Shown here: positions 45,152-54,796 of the stretch, piece after piece
Layout: the number at the start of each line of letters is the position of its first letter
Position numbering within the stretch: position 1 is the first letter of the stretch
Source of the DNA: a virus
Lineage: Duplodnaviria; Heunggongvirae; Uroviricota; Caudoviricetes
Length of the DNA stretch: 64,000 nucleotides
Strand: one strand, 5' to 3'
Virus record (IMG/VR): IMGVR_UViG_3300044655_003531
Location: 1 to 64,000 of that record
The notes under the pieces: generated by a model
Databases searched by the model: none
Told to the model about the DNA's origin: nothing
What the model saw: the letters and a program-made list of their open reading frames with translations, nothing else
Program-made: the position numbers and the translations under genes

Positions 45152-46312
45152 TTATTTTTGTGATTCGATAACGTTTTGAATCACAAATTCAATATCATCA
45201 TCGGTTAAAAATAAATGTAAAGGTAAACTAATAATTTTCTCGCTCAGGTTCAATGAATTCGGATTCAACCCAAATTGTGATTTGTACATATCATAATGGG
45301 TATTATCACGATAATGAACTCCTGGATATATCCCACGAATATTTAAAAATTCCATAGTTTTGTTTCTTTCTTCCACAACAATTTGATACAAATGCCTAGA
45401 AGAAAGTTCTGTGTACGGAGAAACTTTAACTGACTGGATGCCTGCAGATTGAAATGACTTTTCATACATTTGGCAGATTTCTCTTCTTCTGGTGTTATCC
45501 TCTTCAAGATATTTCAAACCAACTAAAGCCATCGAAGCCATCATAGAATTACCATGATATTTGAAACCAACATCAACGAGATCATATTCCCATTTATAAC
45601 TTCCTTTGTCGTGTGATCTTTGGTAAGTGTCTTTAGAAATTCCAAGCCAAGATAATTTTCTGGCTAATACGTCATAATCTTCATTCTTGAAACAGATCAT
45701 TCCCGAATCTGCGGTCGGAAGATTTTTGACCGCCTGAAAACTAAAAATAGAAACATCAGCATCTAAACCAACATGATCTTTCGAGTAACCAACACCAACC
45801 TCTGTTTTGTTTTTTATCCAGGTTCCAGCCATATGTGCGGCATCTAAAATAATTTTAAGGCCTTTGCGTTGGCAAAAATTTACTATTTCATCGAACCTCC
45901 CGGCATTACCCCCAATTCCCACAAATAAAACAGCTTTGGTTTTTTTGGTGATTTTTGATTCTACTGATTTTGGATCCAGACATAGAAATTCATCTACGTC
46001 TGCAAAGATTGGTCTCAGTCTTTCGTACATTATTGCGTGATTTGAAGACACAAAAGTTAAGGGGGACGTGATAATCTCGTCTCCTTCTTTCCATTTATTG
46101 GCGTCTTTTAAAATTTTTAAGGCAAGATGCAAACCAGAGGTGTTCGAATTTAGAAAATGCGCATGCTTAAATCCGGTGTATTTTTTCCATTCTTCTTCAA
46201 TCTGCTGAGTTTTAAAACCTAAACCTGTCCATCCTATTTCCATACACTCTTGCATATGTTCCCAGATTTCTGATGTTCTGAACTTAGGTTTGAATAATTG
46301 AATATTTTTCAT
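45152..46312 (-). CDS. DegT/DnrJ/EryC1/StrS-family PLP-dependent sugar aminotransferase
   Basis: DVSIFSFQAVKNLPTADSGMI (S-F-x-x-x-K PLP lysine motif). About 386 aa, typical size. Confidence 0.7.
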   Translation of the reverse strand: MKNIQLFKPKFRTSEIWEHMQECMEIGWTGLGFKTQQIEEEWKKYTGFKHAHFLNSNTSGLHLALKILKDANKWKEGDEIITSPLTFVSSNHAIMYERLRPIFADVDEFLCLDPKSVESKITKKTKAVLFVGIGGNAGRFDEIVNFCQRKGLKIILDAAHMAGTWIKNKTEVGVGYSKDHVGLDADVSIFSFQAVKNLPTADSGMICFKNEDYDVLARKLSWLGISKDTYQRSHDKGSYKWEYDLVDVGFKYHGNSMMASMALVGLKYLEEDNTRRREICQMYEKSFQSAGIQSVKVSPYTELSSRHLYQIVVEERNKTMEFLNIRGIYPGVHYRDNTHYDMYKSQFGLNPNSLNLSEKIISLPLHLFLTDDDIEFVIQNVIESQK

Positions 46313-46323
46313 TCTTAAAAAAT

Positions 46324-47094
46324 TTAAAAATTATGAAATTTTTGATTGAAAATCGATTTAATTTCATCTAAATCTTTTTCTGTTATTTCAGTTTGAGCTT
46401 TAGATGACATTGAATCTTCTTTTTTTTCATAAACAAATGATGGATAATCAAGATATCCTATTCTACCGCGAAGAGATAATTCAAAATTGGTAGCCCAATC
46501 TATGAAATGCTTATTTTTAACATAACTTAAATCAATGTCAGTGAAATTTCTAAAAAATCTTGATGATGAGTAGCACAAGTTACTATGATGTAAAAGTTTT
46601 TTGTCAATTTCTCCGTCACTAATTGGATGTAAAACGGAGTTATACTCTGTCATAGCAGCAATCCAAAAGCTCCCATCCGCCGAGGGAACCAATTTTCTTC
46701 CTTCACTAATCAAATATCCAGTGCTAACGAGAGAAAAATCAGGATTATTTTCTAAAAAATCAAATTGTTTTTTTAGTTTATATGGATCTATCCAATAATC
46801 ATCTGGGTCTATATAAGCAACATAAGAAGTTGAACAATTTTTGAGAAGAAAAATAACGGTTTCTATAAATCCTTTGTTTTCTTTATTGGAAAATATCGAA
46901 ATTTTAAAATTTTCGTTTTCAAAATTTTTTAATCTGTGTAAAATAGCCAGACTTTGATCTGTAGAACAGTCATCGCAGGCTATAAAATGAATATTGCAGT
47001 CGATTTTTTGCACGTAAACGGAAAAAAAAGCACGATCTAAAAAATAAGCATAATTGTAGACCGGCATTATAACACTTATTTCTTTTCTTTTCAT
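46324..47094 (-). CDS. family 2 glycosyltransferase
   Basis: ISVIMPVYNYAYFLDRAFFSV...ACDDCSTDQS (DxD). Confidence 0.65.
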   Translation of the reverse strand: MKRKEISVIMPVYNYAYFLDRAFFSVYVQKIDCNIHFIACDDCSTDQSLAILHRLKNFENENFKISIFSNKENKGFIETVIFLLKNCSTSYVAYIDPDDYWIDPYKLKKQFDFLENNPDFSLVSTGYLISEGRKLVPSADGSFWIAAMTEYNSVLHPISDGEIDKKLLHHSNLCYSSSRFFRNFTDIDLSYVKNKHFIDWATNFELSLRGRIGYLDYPSFVYEKKEDSMSSKAQTEITEKDLDEIKSIFNQKFHNF

Positions 47095-48212
47095 TCGATT
47101 TTATAGTAATTTTTTACCAAAGCATATTTAGACAAGTTTTCTCTTTTAATTTTTATAGAATCTGTGAATTGACATGTTTCATCTTCTATATTATGTAATT
47201 TTTTTGTGAAAACTACAGAGTCCCCATCTACAAACAAATCATTCAATTTTTCTTTGTACCACCCTCCCTTTCCTAGAATTATTTCGCGATGGAAAATTTC
47301 TTCTGAATTTTCAGTAATAATCTTAATGGAGAAGCTGACTTCATTACAAGGGCAACCTGGTTCAACATTTAAAAGTAAATAACAATCCGATAGATCTTCC
47401 TTCCAGAATAGTGAAGAAGTTGTGGTGAAATGTAAAGCGCTTGGCCCAGGTTTTATGATCGAACTTACTGTATTCCAATTTCCGAATCCGAAAAATTTAT
47501 CCATCTCGGAATGTTCATCAACTAGATTATTATCCCCGCCAAAAAGTTTTAGCATCACATCTTCAAGACCACAATTGGGAAAAATCTTTTGAAAATTGGA
47601 ATTATCCGAAAAATCGAGATTTGGAATTTTTTGAATCAAACTTTCGTCCAAAGTAAACCCAAAAAGGTGTGGGCAATACCAGCTACTAAAATTTGGATTA
47701 TTTTTTATAAAGTAATTTTTGTGCTCCCCTAAATTCGAAAAAATTTCAGAGAATTTTTGTTGAATATTATCCGGACATTTGAAATCTCCAACAAAATAAA
47801 AGGCAAATTCATATCCCTTTGACCACAAAAATTTAATCGAATTAACAAATTGGGAGACAATGGAAACCGACCAACCGGTAACAACCAAATGGTCTCTAAA
47901 CATTTCATTTCCTATTTGAATGTATTTCAGGTAAACTGGATTTTGTATTCCCTCTAGATTGTAATTTAGAATGTCTGAATCAAGGAAATGATAATTGTTT
48001 TTCCTTTCAAAAATAAAATAAGTAGTGTTTTCAATAATCTCGGGAGTACATGGATGGTGGCTAGTTAAAAGAACGTCTATCTCATTTTGTTGAAAAATTT
48101 TTAGATTGGCCAGAAGAATTTCTTGTTCCTCCGTGGTTTGGGGATATGCATCTATGATGACACAGAACTTTTTATCTGATATTTTTTCTCCTATTAAATT
48201 ATCAGAATTCAT
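47091..48212 (-). CDS. hypothetical protein, member of three-paralog family in glycan cluster (373 aa)
   Basis: N-terminal KKFCVIIDAYPQTTEEQEILLANLKIF...LLTSHHP pattern. Confidence 0.45.
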   Translation of the reverse strand: MNSDNLIGEKISDKKFCVIIDAYPQTTEEQEILLANLKIFQQNEIDVLLTSHHPCTPEIIENTTYFIFERKNNYHFLDSDILNYNLEGIQNPVYLKYIQIGNEMFRDHLVVTGWSVSIVSQFVNSIKFLWSKGYEFAFYFVGDFKCPDNIQQKFSEIFSNLGEHKNYFIKNNPNFSSWYCPHLFGFTLDESLIQKIPNLDFSDNSNFQKIFPNCGLEDVMLKLFGGDNNLVDEHSEMDKFFGFGNWNTVSSIIKPGPSALHFTTTSSLFWKEDLSDCYLLLNVEPGCPCNEVSFSIKIITENSEEIFHREIILGKGGWYKEKLNDLFVDGDSVVFTKKLHNIEDETCQFTDSIKIKRENLSKYALVKNYYKIE

Positions 48213-48213
48213 G

Positions 48214-49143
48214 CTAAGACAAGATCTTTTTATTCTGCCAAGCCCAGATCATATTTCCAGTGTGGTGTGTTTGAAATCCATTTTCTGAAAAGATAAGCAA
48301 TAATTGATCCGGAGGATGAATATGATATTCCAAAACTATCTTTGGTATAGACTTTAAAAATTCAGAGCTCATGTTTGGAAAAATTTCCCATTCACCTCCC
48401 TCGCAGTCTATTTTTAAAAAATCTATTTTTACCTCATTTTCTTTTGCCCATTCTTCCAGGACAACTCCTTGACAAAAAACACTTTCATCGGTGTGATCGA
48501 ACGAAACAGAAACTGAATTCAAAACACTTGACTCATGAATATTTAGTTTCAAATCCTTTTTTTCCGACCACACAGCTAAATTGTGGACATGAATTGGCAA
48601 ATCACCGAAGTTTGTTTGAATAAAACTTGATAGCTTGGGGTCTGGTTCAAACGAGTGAACTTGTGCAGCTCCTTTTGTAATCGAAAAAAAGGAAAAGAAA
48701 CCGATGTTTGCCCCAATATCAACAACAACATCTCCAGGTTCCACTTTACAATGTTCGTGGTTGTATTCCCCACTTAAAAAAATCTCCCAAAGTACAAGCC
48801 CTGTTACTAAGTCTTTTTTTGAAAGATTACTTCCTATATTTTTCAACCTGTTCTTTGGGTCCAAATTTCTTATATCATGCCTAAAAGTATCTGAGTAATC
48901 ACAAACTTCGAGTAGGATTTCTCCAGTTTGCAAATCCTCTACTACAAAAGTGATAAATTTTGTGATTCTACCGCTATATGCTACCCAGTATGAACATTTG
49001 GGAAAAACATTAATTATGTCACCCCAATAACACAATCTTGTGTGAGAATCTATAAACTTAATTACAATTTCCCTTTCCTCGTCAAAATGACTGGTAAAGT
49101 CTATCCCGTTTCTATCCGGTAAAATGTGATTTAGAGAGATCAT
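48214..49143 (-). CDS. FkbM-family methyltransferase
   Basis: VVVDIGANIGFFSFFS...VHSFEPDPK is the FkbM signature. Confidence 0.6.
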   Translation of the reverse strand: MISLNHILPDRNGIDFTSHFDEEREIVIKFIDSHTRLCYWGDIINVFPKCSYWVAYSGRITKFITFVVEDLQTGEILLEVCDYSDTFRHDIRNLDPKNRLKNIGSNLSKKDLVTGLVLWEIFLSGEYNHEHCKVEPGDVVVDIGANIGFFSFFSITKGAAQVHSFEPDPKLSSFIQTNFGDLPIHVHNLAVWSEKKDLKLNIHESSVLNSVSVSFDHTDESVFCQGVVLEEWAKENEVKIDFLKIDCEGGEWEIFPNMSSEFLKSIPKIVLEYHIHPPDQLLLIFSENGFQTHHTGNMIWAWQNKKILS

Positions 49144-49150
49144 AATTTTT

Positions 49151-49927
49151 TTATTTATTATTTTGTCTTAGAACTTCTTTCTCCTTATTGAAACAATGCA
49201 AAGAAGTGATGTGCATGGTAAAAAATCCAGGTTTAACCTCGCCCCAGGATTCGGGATTTCTTTCCCTCAATTTTTCTAGAACCCAAAAAACTTTCCGACA
49301 AGCCATATAGATATCGTCTCTAAAGTGGCGGAGATAGTCACAGGACCTGATGTAATACACGATGTGTAGATAATCCGCTCTTCTCATAAAATGATAGCCG
49401 ATTGTACAAGGAACTCGTTCCCCGTGGACAGATCCAGTGTCTTCCGGGAACCACAGGGGCAGAAAAGCCTGTCTAGTGAAAGGTTCTCTTGCCAACAAAT
49501 CAATCACATCACCAAAGTCACCGTAGTTGTACCTAATGCCAAACATGGTCGAATTGGGTTCTTCTGATGCAAATTTAGGCCAGAGTCTTTCTGGATAAGT
49601 GTGAGAAAATTTCTCCTCTGTTTTGAATTGGGAATTCTTCTTTTGGTTGAAAGGCCACCATTCGTTAGAAGGAGGTGGATTCAGCGGCTGGCCCCCGATT
49701 CTTTCTTCAAAATGATCGTCCGCCCAGGGAAGATTAGGTCTGACCTCATCACGTAGTTCTTCGAGTGTGTGGGGGACAAACATAGAGAAAGAAGTATTTA
49801 AGGTTTCCCACATGTCGTCAGGGGAAGGTATACCCTGCCATCTCTCGGTCTGTACGACATATCCGTGATCGATCAATTTTTCCTTAGCCCACTTGATGGC
49901 TTGTGAGGGCTTTTGAAATGTTTTCAA
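49151..49927 (-). CDS. hypothetical protein (258 aa)
   Basis: ORF. C-terminal RVPCTIGYHF...YIRSCDY faintly recalls the ThyA-fold active-site region but the N-terminus does not. Not called. Confidence 0.45.
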   Translation of the reverse strand: MKTFQKPSQAIKWAKEKLIDHGYVVQTERWQGIPSPDDMWETLNTSFSMFVPHTLEELRDEVRPNLPWADDHFEERIGGQPLNPPPSNEWWPFNQKKNSQFKTEEKFSHTYPERLWPKFASEEPNSTMFGIRYNYGDFGDVIDLLAREPFTRQAFLPLWFPEDTGSVHGERVPCTIGYHFMRRADYLHIVYYIRSCDYLRHFRDDIYMACRKVFWVLEKLRERNPESWGEVKPGFFTMHITSLHCFNKEKEVLRQNNK

Positions 49928-49987
49928 TGGGATGAATTTTCAAATTATACGGCCTAATCTGAATTAGTTTTCGATGGATTTTAAGTT

Positions 49988-50620
49988 TCAATCTAAAATC
50001 CAGGAAGATATTTTTTCAGGGGAAATTAAATTCAAATCTCTGGTTCTATTTTGCTGGAAAATTTTATACTCAAAATATGGGTTATCGAAAGGAACGAGCT
50101 CTTGGCTTTCCCTTTTGATCAGTCCAACACCTTCGTCGGTATTAACAGTACAAATATTCAGATCTGGCCTGGTTGCCTTTAACTTATAGATAGTTTTCCA
50201 AACTGTTCCATTCCATGCTACTCCAAGATAATCTTCGATGACCCGAATGTAATTTACTTCATACATAAAAGGATCACAATCATGAAGAACTATAACTCCC
50301 TCTTCTGTCAAGTGATTCAAAGAATTTAAGATGTCTTTTTCTACCTGGTAAGAAAGGTGTAATCCGTCGATAAAAATAAGATCCCACTCATAATCAGGAG
50401 GTAAATCCAACAGATTATTTTCTAGCCTGGAAAAAAATTCATCAGAGGTAAACGGATACTTGACCGGATTTTCAGGATTTTCTAGACCTGGATCGACCCC
50501 AGATTTCTCTTCGCATTGAATTAAATCGTAACAATCCTCAGGCCATCTTACTCCTATCTCCAAGTAGGTGCTAAATTTTTTGGTACTGATAATCTGATTG
50601 ATCACTTCTGATCTATGCAT
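49988..50620 (-). CDS. class I SAM-dependent methyltransferase
   Basis: YLEIGVRWPE (motif I-like), VIVLHDCDP. Confidence 0.45.
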   Translation of the reverse strand: MHRSEVINQIISTKKFSTYLEIGVRWPEDCYDLIQCEEKSGVDPGLENPENPVKYPFTSDEFFSRLENNLLDLPPDYEWDLIFIDGLHLSYQVEKDILNSLNHLTEEGVIVLHDCDPFMYEVNYIRVIEDYLGVAWNGTVWKTIYKLKATRPDLNICTVNTDEGVGLIKRESQELVPFDNPYFEYKIFQQNRTRDLNLISPEKISSWILD

Positions 50621-50646
50621 AAGTTCAAATTTGTAAATTAATCACA

Positions 50647-50675
50647 AAAAACCCAGCCGAAGCTGGGTTGAAGAG
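50647..50675 (-). terminator. rho-independent terminator
   Basis: Perfect 7-bp hairpin ACCCAGC-CGAA-GCTGGGT followed on the minus strand by TTTTTTGTG. Lies just downstream of the lipoprotein gene. Confidence 0.6.
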
Positions 50676-50683
50676 AAGAAATC

Positions 50684-50845
50684 TTATTGAGCTGAAACTG
50701 TATCAACAGGGGCGGTAGCTTCTGTTGTAGTGTCAACTGGAGTGGTTTCTTCAACTACTGCCGGTTCATCAGTTGTAGTTTCTACTACAGGACCGCAGGA
50801 GCTTAGGATGGAAATGAGAGCGAGCGTAAGCAGGGATTTTGTCAT
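50684..50845 (-). CDS. small lipoprotein (53 aa), Thr/Val/Glu-rich
   Basis: Unlisted ORF MTKSLLTLALISILSSCGPVVETTTDEP... with signal peptide and lipobox L-S-S-C. Followed by the terminator. Confidence 0.5.
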   Translation of the reverse strand: MTKSLLTLALISILSSCGPVVETTTDEPAVVEETTPVDTTTEATAPVDTVSAQ

Positions 50846-50910
50846 TGTTTTTTTTGTTTTTTGTTTTAACTTTCTTTATATATTGAATCACCAACAAGGT
50901 TTCAAATTTT

Positions 50911-51498
50911 TTAATTTGCTATTTGAAATTTTTTAGGATCTGTAAAGGCCGGCTTACGATTTGGAAAATAATAAGTTATTTTTTCTTTCTTGTCGATGGT
51001 TAGGATTTTCCAAAAACCAGTTGGAACTGTTGCTCCCGTACTTAATTTTTCAGGAGACCCTGAAAAATCTAGTTTAATGAGAACGTCGACCTGATGAAAT
51101 TCTGCTACCAATTGTCTCTCTTTGGCCTCTAAAATTCTCCAAACCCCCCGATTTAAATCTTGGTGTTGGAGAGCACAGTTGAGGTAGGAGAAAGTTCTTA
51201 CTAGTGACTCCTTAGAACAACTGAAAGTAGCCGCCGGGGCTAGGTGCCCTTTGTCCCAGATATTCTTTTCGTAATCCGCATGATCAGAGGTAATGATGGA
51301 ATCAACCCGGTAAAAATCCAATCCTTGTCTGCTCTCCTTTGCCGCAGTACATCTGACCGAGTATGATAATTCTAGAGGTTGCTGATATATTTCAGAGTAA
51401 ACGAGAGAGTATTCCCCCGCATTAACCGCTACAGATGCTCTTTGTGAATATGTACAAAAAGGAAAAAAAAGGACAAAAAGTAAAATTCTTGATAGCAT
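50911..51498 (-). CDS. secreted non-specific DNA/RNA endonuclease (Serratia NucA/Endonuclease_NS family)
   Basis: Signal peptide MLSRILLFVLFFPFCTYS. Active-site block DKGHLAPAATF...N (DRGH-type motif). Confidence 0.65.
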   Translation of the reverse strand: MLSRILLFVLFFPFCTYSQRASVAVNAGEYSLVYSEIYQQPLELSYSVRCTAAKESRQGLDFYRVDSIITSDHADYEKNIWDKGHLAPAATFSCSKESLVRTFSYLNCALQHQDLNRGVWRILEAKERQLVAEFHQVDVLIKLDFSGSPEKLSTGATVPTGFWKILTIDKKEKITYYFPNRKPAFTDPKKFQIAN

Positions 51499-51541
51499 TG
51501 GATATTTTTTCCTTTATATATCCAATCTGGGTGTCGTGAAC

Positions 51542-51790
51542 CTATCTAGAGGCTAAAGATTCGTACTCTTGCTCCAAGAAAGACATCTCAATCTCGGCGG
51601 ATCTCTGATCCAAGCCCATTTCAGCCATAATTAAATTTACCCCAAAATCAGTCCATTCTTTTTTAACCGAGCCTTTTAAGGGATGGTTCAGCACCCAGAG
51701 GTGATCTTTCTTAATTTGCTCATCGTGTAATCCAGTGTAAAGCTGATGCCTTTTTTTGAGAGAATTAATAATGTGATTTTTCGTCTCCAT
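51542..51790 (-). CDS. hypothetical protein (82 aa)
   Basis: ORF. Confidence 0.4.
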   Translation of the reverse strand: METKNHIINSLKKRHQLYTGLHDEQIKKDHLWVLNHPLKGSVKKEWTDFGVNLIMAEMGLDQRSAEIEMSFLEQEYESLASR

Positions 51791-51795
51791 TGATT

Positions 51796-52581
51796 CTATT
51801 GTTTATTCTGATTTTTCTGAAATTCTTCTTTTCTCCTGGTAAAAATCAGGGACTTTTGATCAAGCCATTCTTTTTCACTTGTTTCATCCACTTTTTCTAT
51901 TTCTTTAGGATGAGTTAAAGAATTCGAATGTTTCCTATAAATGTAGCTAGGGTAATGATCGTAGTTAATCTTACCCCTTAAGCTTAATTCATAATTCATG
52001 GGCCAATCTGAATACGGAAATTCGAAAAAGTAAGGCTGAAAAAGATCCTCATAATTTCTAAAAAAACGGGAGGATGCATATACACAGTTCCTGCCGGTAG
52101 AAATAAATTCAGGGGAGGTGAAATTTTTATCCATAAATTCTTCGGGAACTCCAAAAAATAAATCTCCTTCTGGATGTGGACAAAATCCATACTCTCCTTC
52201 TAAAGTTAAATAACCGGTAGAAGACGCGGAAAATTCTGGATTACTCTCAAGAAAATCAAATTGTTTCTGTAATTTATAAGGATCTATCCAATAGTCATCA
52301 CCATCAAGATAGGCTATATAATTTCCTTTAGCTTTAGAAAGTAATCTTTTAACTGTTTCTACTTCTCCCTTATTTTCTGTGTTGATAAAAAAGTCGAATT
52401 TGTCCTGCCCGTAAAATTTTTTGAACCGTGTTAAAATACCAGCGCTCTGATCTTGAGAAGAATCATCCCCCACTAATACTTGCACGTCGAAATTGGTGAT
52501 CTGCGAAAAAACGGAAAAAAGAGTCGTATCAAGAAATTCAGAGAAGTTGTAATTTGGAATTATGACGGTAACGGAGCTCAT
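51796..52581 (-). CDS. family 2 glycosyltransferase (paralog of 46324..47094)
   Basis: VTVIIPNYNFSEFLDTTLFSV...GDDSSQDQS. LDGDDYWIDPYKLQKQFDFLESNPEF is nearly identical to the other GT2. Confidence 0.65.
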   Translation of the reverse strand: MSSVTVIIPNYNFSEFLDTTLFSVFSQITNFDVQVLVGDDSSQDQSAGILTRFKKFYGQDKFDFFINTENKGEVETVKRLLSKAKGNYIAYLDGDDYWIDPYKLQKQFDFLESNPEFSASSTGYLTLEGEYGFCPHPEGDLFFGVPEEFMDKNFTSPEFISTGRNCVYASSRFFRNYEDLFQPYFFEFPYSDWPMNYELSLRGKINYDHYPSYIYRKHSNSLTHPKEIEKVDETSEKEWLDQKSLIFTRRKEEFQKNQNKQ

Positions 52582-52598
52582 TTTTCTCTACTCAATTT

Positions 52599-52985
52599 CT
52601 ATTTTTGTGAATCACCTTTCCAAACACGATAAGAATCCTCGTCAAAGTGTTGGGTGGAAACCTCGAAGATTATCCCATCCGTTATTGCTTCCAGTTGATG
52701 TGGTTGGCCGGGCATTTGTCTGACCGAATCACCTTCTATTAAATTTTTTTCAACCACTTCTGCGTTGCGGGTGTCTATATACCGATAAATAAAAGTGCCT
52801 TCCTTTACGTACCAAGTTTCATCTTTGATCAAATGATAGTGCATTGAAAATTTGGCTCCTCCCTTAAAACATAGAAGTTTTCCACAATACAGTTCGTTAT
52901 TTTCGAAGACAACCTCATGACCCCATCCTTTAGGGATGTTGCACTCATCGCAGGAGGGTACATGATATATAATAGGTGGTTCCAA
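52599..52985 (-). CDS. cupin-fold sugar isomerase/epimerase-like protein (WxcM/FdtA-like)
   Basis: Small cupin with HYH and glycan-cluster context. Confidence 0.4.
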   Translation of the reverse strand: MEPPIIYHVPSCDECNIPKGWGHEVVFENNELYCGKLLCFKGGAKFSMHYHLIKDETWYVKEGTFIYRYIDTRNAEVVEKNLIEGDSVRQMPGQPHQLEAITDGIIFEVSTQHFDEDSYRVWKGDSQK

Positions 52986-53073
52986 GAGATTTGTCAGTCA
53001 AATTAAATATGGACCTTTTATGAAAAAGAAAGAAATGATTTCGAATTATTTCTTAAATTTGTAAAAAAAAACA

Positions 53074-53280
53074 ATGGAAGTTAACAAGTGGACCAATCGG
53101 ATCAAGAATTTAATTCTAGATCTGGAGCTGAACCAAGACCCTGAGAAAAAGAGTGAAATTCTCGGTCGGTTAAAAGCTCATGTAGAAGATCTAAATAAAG
53201 AGCTGGAAAAATTAGAAGAGCATCACACTTTGGTGGTTTCGCAGCTAAAACAGGAGATCTCCAGATTGAATGGCCTGTAA
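53074..53280 (+). CDS. possible small coiled-coil protein (68 aa)
   Basis: Only plus-strand ORF in a gap between minus-strand genes. Heptad-rich. Confidence 0.25.
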   Translation: MEVNKWTNRIKNLILDLELNQDPEKKSEILGRLKAHVEDLNKELEKLEEHHTLVVSQLKQEISRLNGL

Positions 53281-53294
53281 GAAGAGATATTAAA

Positions 53295-54275
53295 TTAATA
53301 GATAGAACCATATCCGCCGTTTAAATCTGCAAACTCATACAGTTCTAAAAATCCTTTGGCACTGTAAAACTTTTCGTTCTCTTCGGTCAATTCGAATCTT
53401 TTTTCTAAGGAATATTTGCCATCCACGATTCGAACTTCCATTTTTTCAGAGGCTGGGCAGTACCAATAACCCCCAAGTGTAAGAACAATTTGATTCTCTC
53501 CGACGTAATATATTATTTCTCTTGAGGTGTTGTTCATTAAAAAAAGATAGTAGCCAGTTTGAGATGGGAGGACTTCACACACTATCCCAATAGCGGAAAT
53601 TCTATTCATCTCGCTAGTTCTAAATCCTTCCATAGCACCATCTTCGTAACATTCCTTAATCAAAAAATCAGATTCATTTACACCCAAATGCTCATAAAAA
53701 TCTCTTTCGAGAATACCAGTGATATTAAAGGCATGATAGGCATCATAATTTGTGGGTAATTTGATTTTCTGCACAAAATATTCAGCATTTCCTCCAAACA
53801 AGAGAGTGTGATAATTGTAACCCTCGTTAAATTGGTATCTATGAAAGATCATTTTTTTTTCGGCATGAATCATTTCTTGCAGAAAATTATCAAAAGTAGA
53901 AAGATCTTTTTCAGAAATTAAATTGTCACATTCCAAAAAATAGAAATACTCATAGCCCATTCGGTGGGCGGCAGAAATACTAGTGTCCATATTTTTACAG
54001 ATAGCAAGCATGTGACCTATGTTCCACAGAGTTGCCTTAATAAAAGAATTAGCAAACCAACTGAATGAATGGGATCCTAAGAGTGGATTTTCTGAATCAT
54101 AAATAAAATAGTCTATTTCCTTCTGCACATCAAGGGGCAGAGGTAAATGTGAAACAACCATCAGTTTGTAGTCAAGCCCCTTGAGTCTGACAATACATTC
54201 TTTCAGAATTTGTAAATGGTAGTCACTAGAAGGAAAACAATTTATAATGAAAATTTTTTTAAATGGATAATTCAT
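53295..54275 (-). CDS. hypothetical protein, member of three-paralog family (326 aa)
   Basis: N-terminal KKIFIINCFPSSDYHLQILKECIVRLKG...MVVSH pattern shared with 43156.. and 47091... Confidence 0.45.
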   Translation of the reverse strand: MNYPFKKIFIINCFPSSDYHLQILKECIVRLKGLDYKLMVVSHLPLPLDVQKEIDYFIYDSENPLLGSHSFSWFANSFIKATLWNIGHMLAICKNMDTSISAAHRMGYEYFYFLECDNLISEKDLSTFDNFLQEMIHAEKKMIFHRYQFNEGYNYHTLLFGGNAEYFVQKIKLPTNYDAYHAFNITGILERDFYEHLGVNESDFLIKECYEDGAMEGFRTSEMNRISAIGIVCEVLPSQTGYYLFLMNNTSREIIYYVGENQIVLTLGGYWYCPASEKMEVRIVDGKYSLEKRFELTEENEKFYSAKGFLELYEFADLNGGYGSIY

Positions 54276-54306
54276 AATAAATAATTCAAGGCGTAGTTCT
54301 GCGATT

Positions 54307-54699
54307 TTATCCCTCTGTCTGGGAATTTTTTTTGTTTGAAATATCGTTGAACCTCATTTGGCTCAACTCGTAATTTGCATTCACCTGAGCCCAGAGCTTA
54401 TCGCATCTGGAATCCAACTGCTTTTGTAGAGATTCAAATTGTTCTCTTCCCGATCTGATTCCGACTTCTTCTCGTTTATTGATTTCGTCGAGAACTTCAT
54501 CGATCCGATTGTGGATGTAAGAATCATCGGAGTGTAAATTGTTCCTTGTAATTTCAATCTCTTTCATGACCGATTCGATGTGGTCGGAGATTTTGGTTCT
54601 GATTTTTCGGTCTAAATCCGAATTCATCTTAAACACACCCGCCACGGTGACCAAGACCACCACGGTAAGCGCACCTAAAAGAAAATAAAGTATTGCCAT
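54307..54699 (-). CDS. membrane-anchored coiled-coil protein (130 aa)
   Basis: N-terminal TM helix ILYFLLGALTVVVLVTVAGV. Confidence 0.45.
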   Translation of the reverse strand: MAILYFLLGALTVVVLVTVAGVFKMNSDLDRKIRTKISDHIESVMKEIEITRNNLHSDDSYIHNRIDEVLDEINKREEVGIRSGREQFESLQKQLDSRCDKLWAQVNANYELSQMRFNDISNKKNSQTEG

Positions 54700-54763
54700 A
54701 ATTTTTAATTTTTTTTGAAGCAGAACTACGCCTTTCGAATTTCTATAAGAAATTACACAAAAG

Positions 54764-54796
54764 TTTCAAAAAAAAGTTTGTCTTACGACAAACTTT
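54764..54796 (-). terminator. rho-independent terminator immediately 3' of tmRNA
   Basis: 10-bp perfect stem AAAGTTTGTC/GACAAACTTT with loop TTAC, followed by an 8-nt T-run on the transcribed strand. Confidence 0.75.

Noticed and set aside
49151-49927. Calling this gene a thymidylate synthase or dNMP hydroxymethylase paralog
   Set aside because: Only a short C-terminal segment resembles the TS active-site region and the conserved N-terminal TS blocks are missing. Kept as hypothetical. The possibility is listed only as a low-confidence finding.
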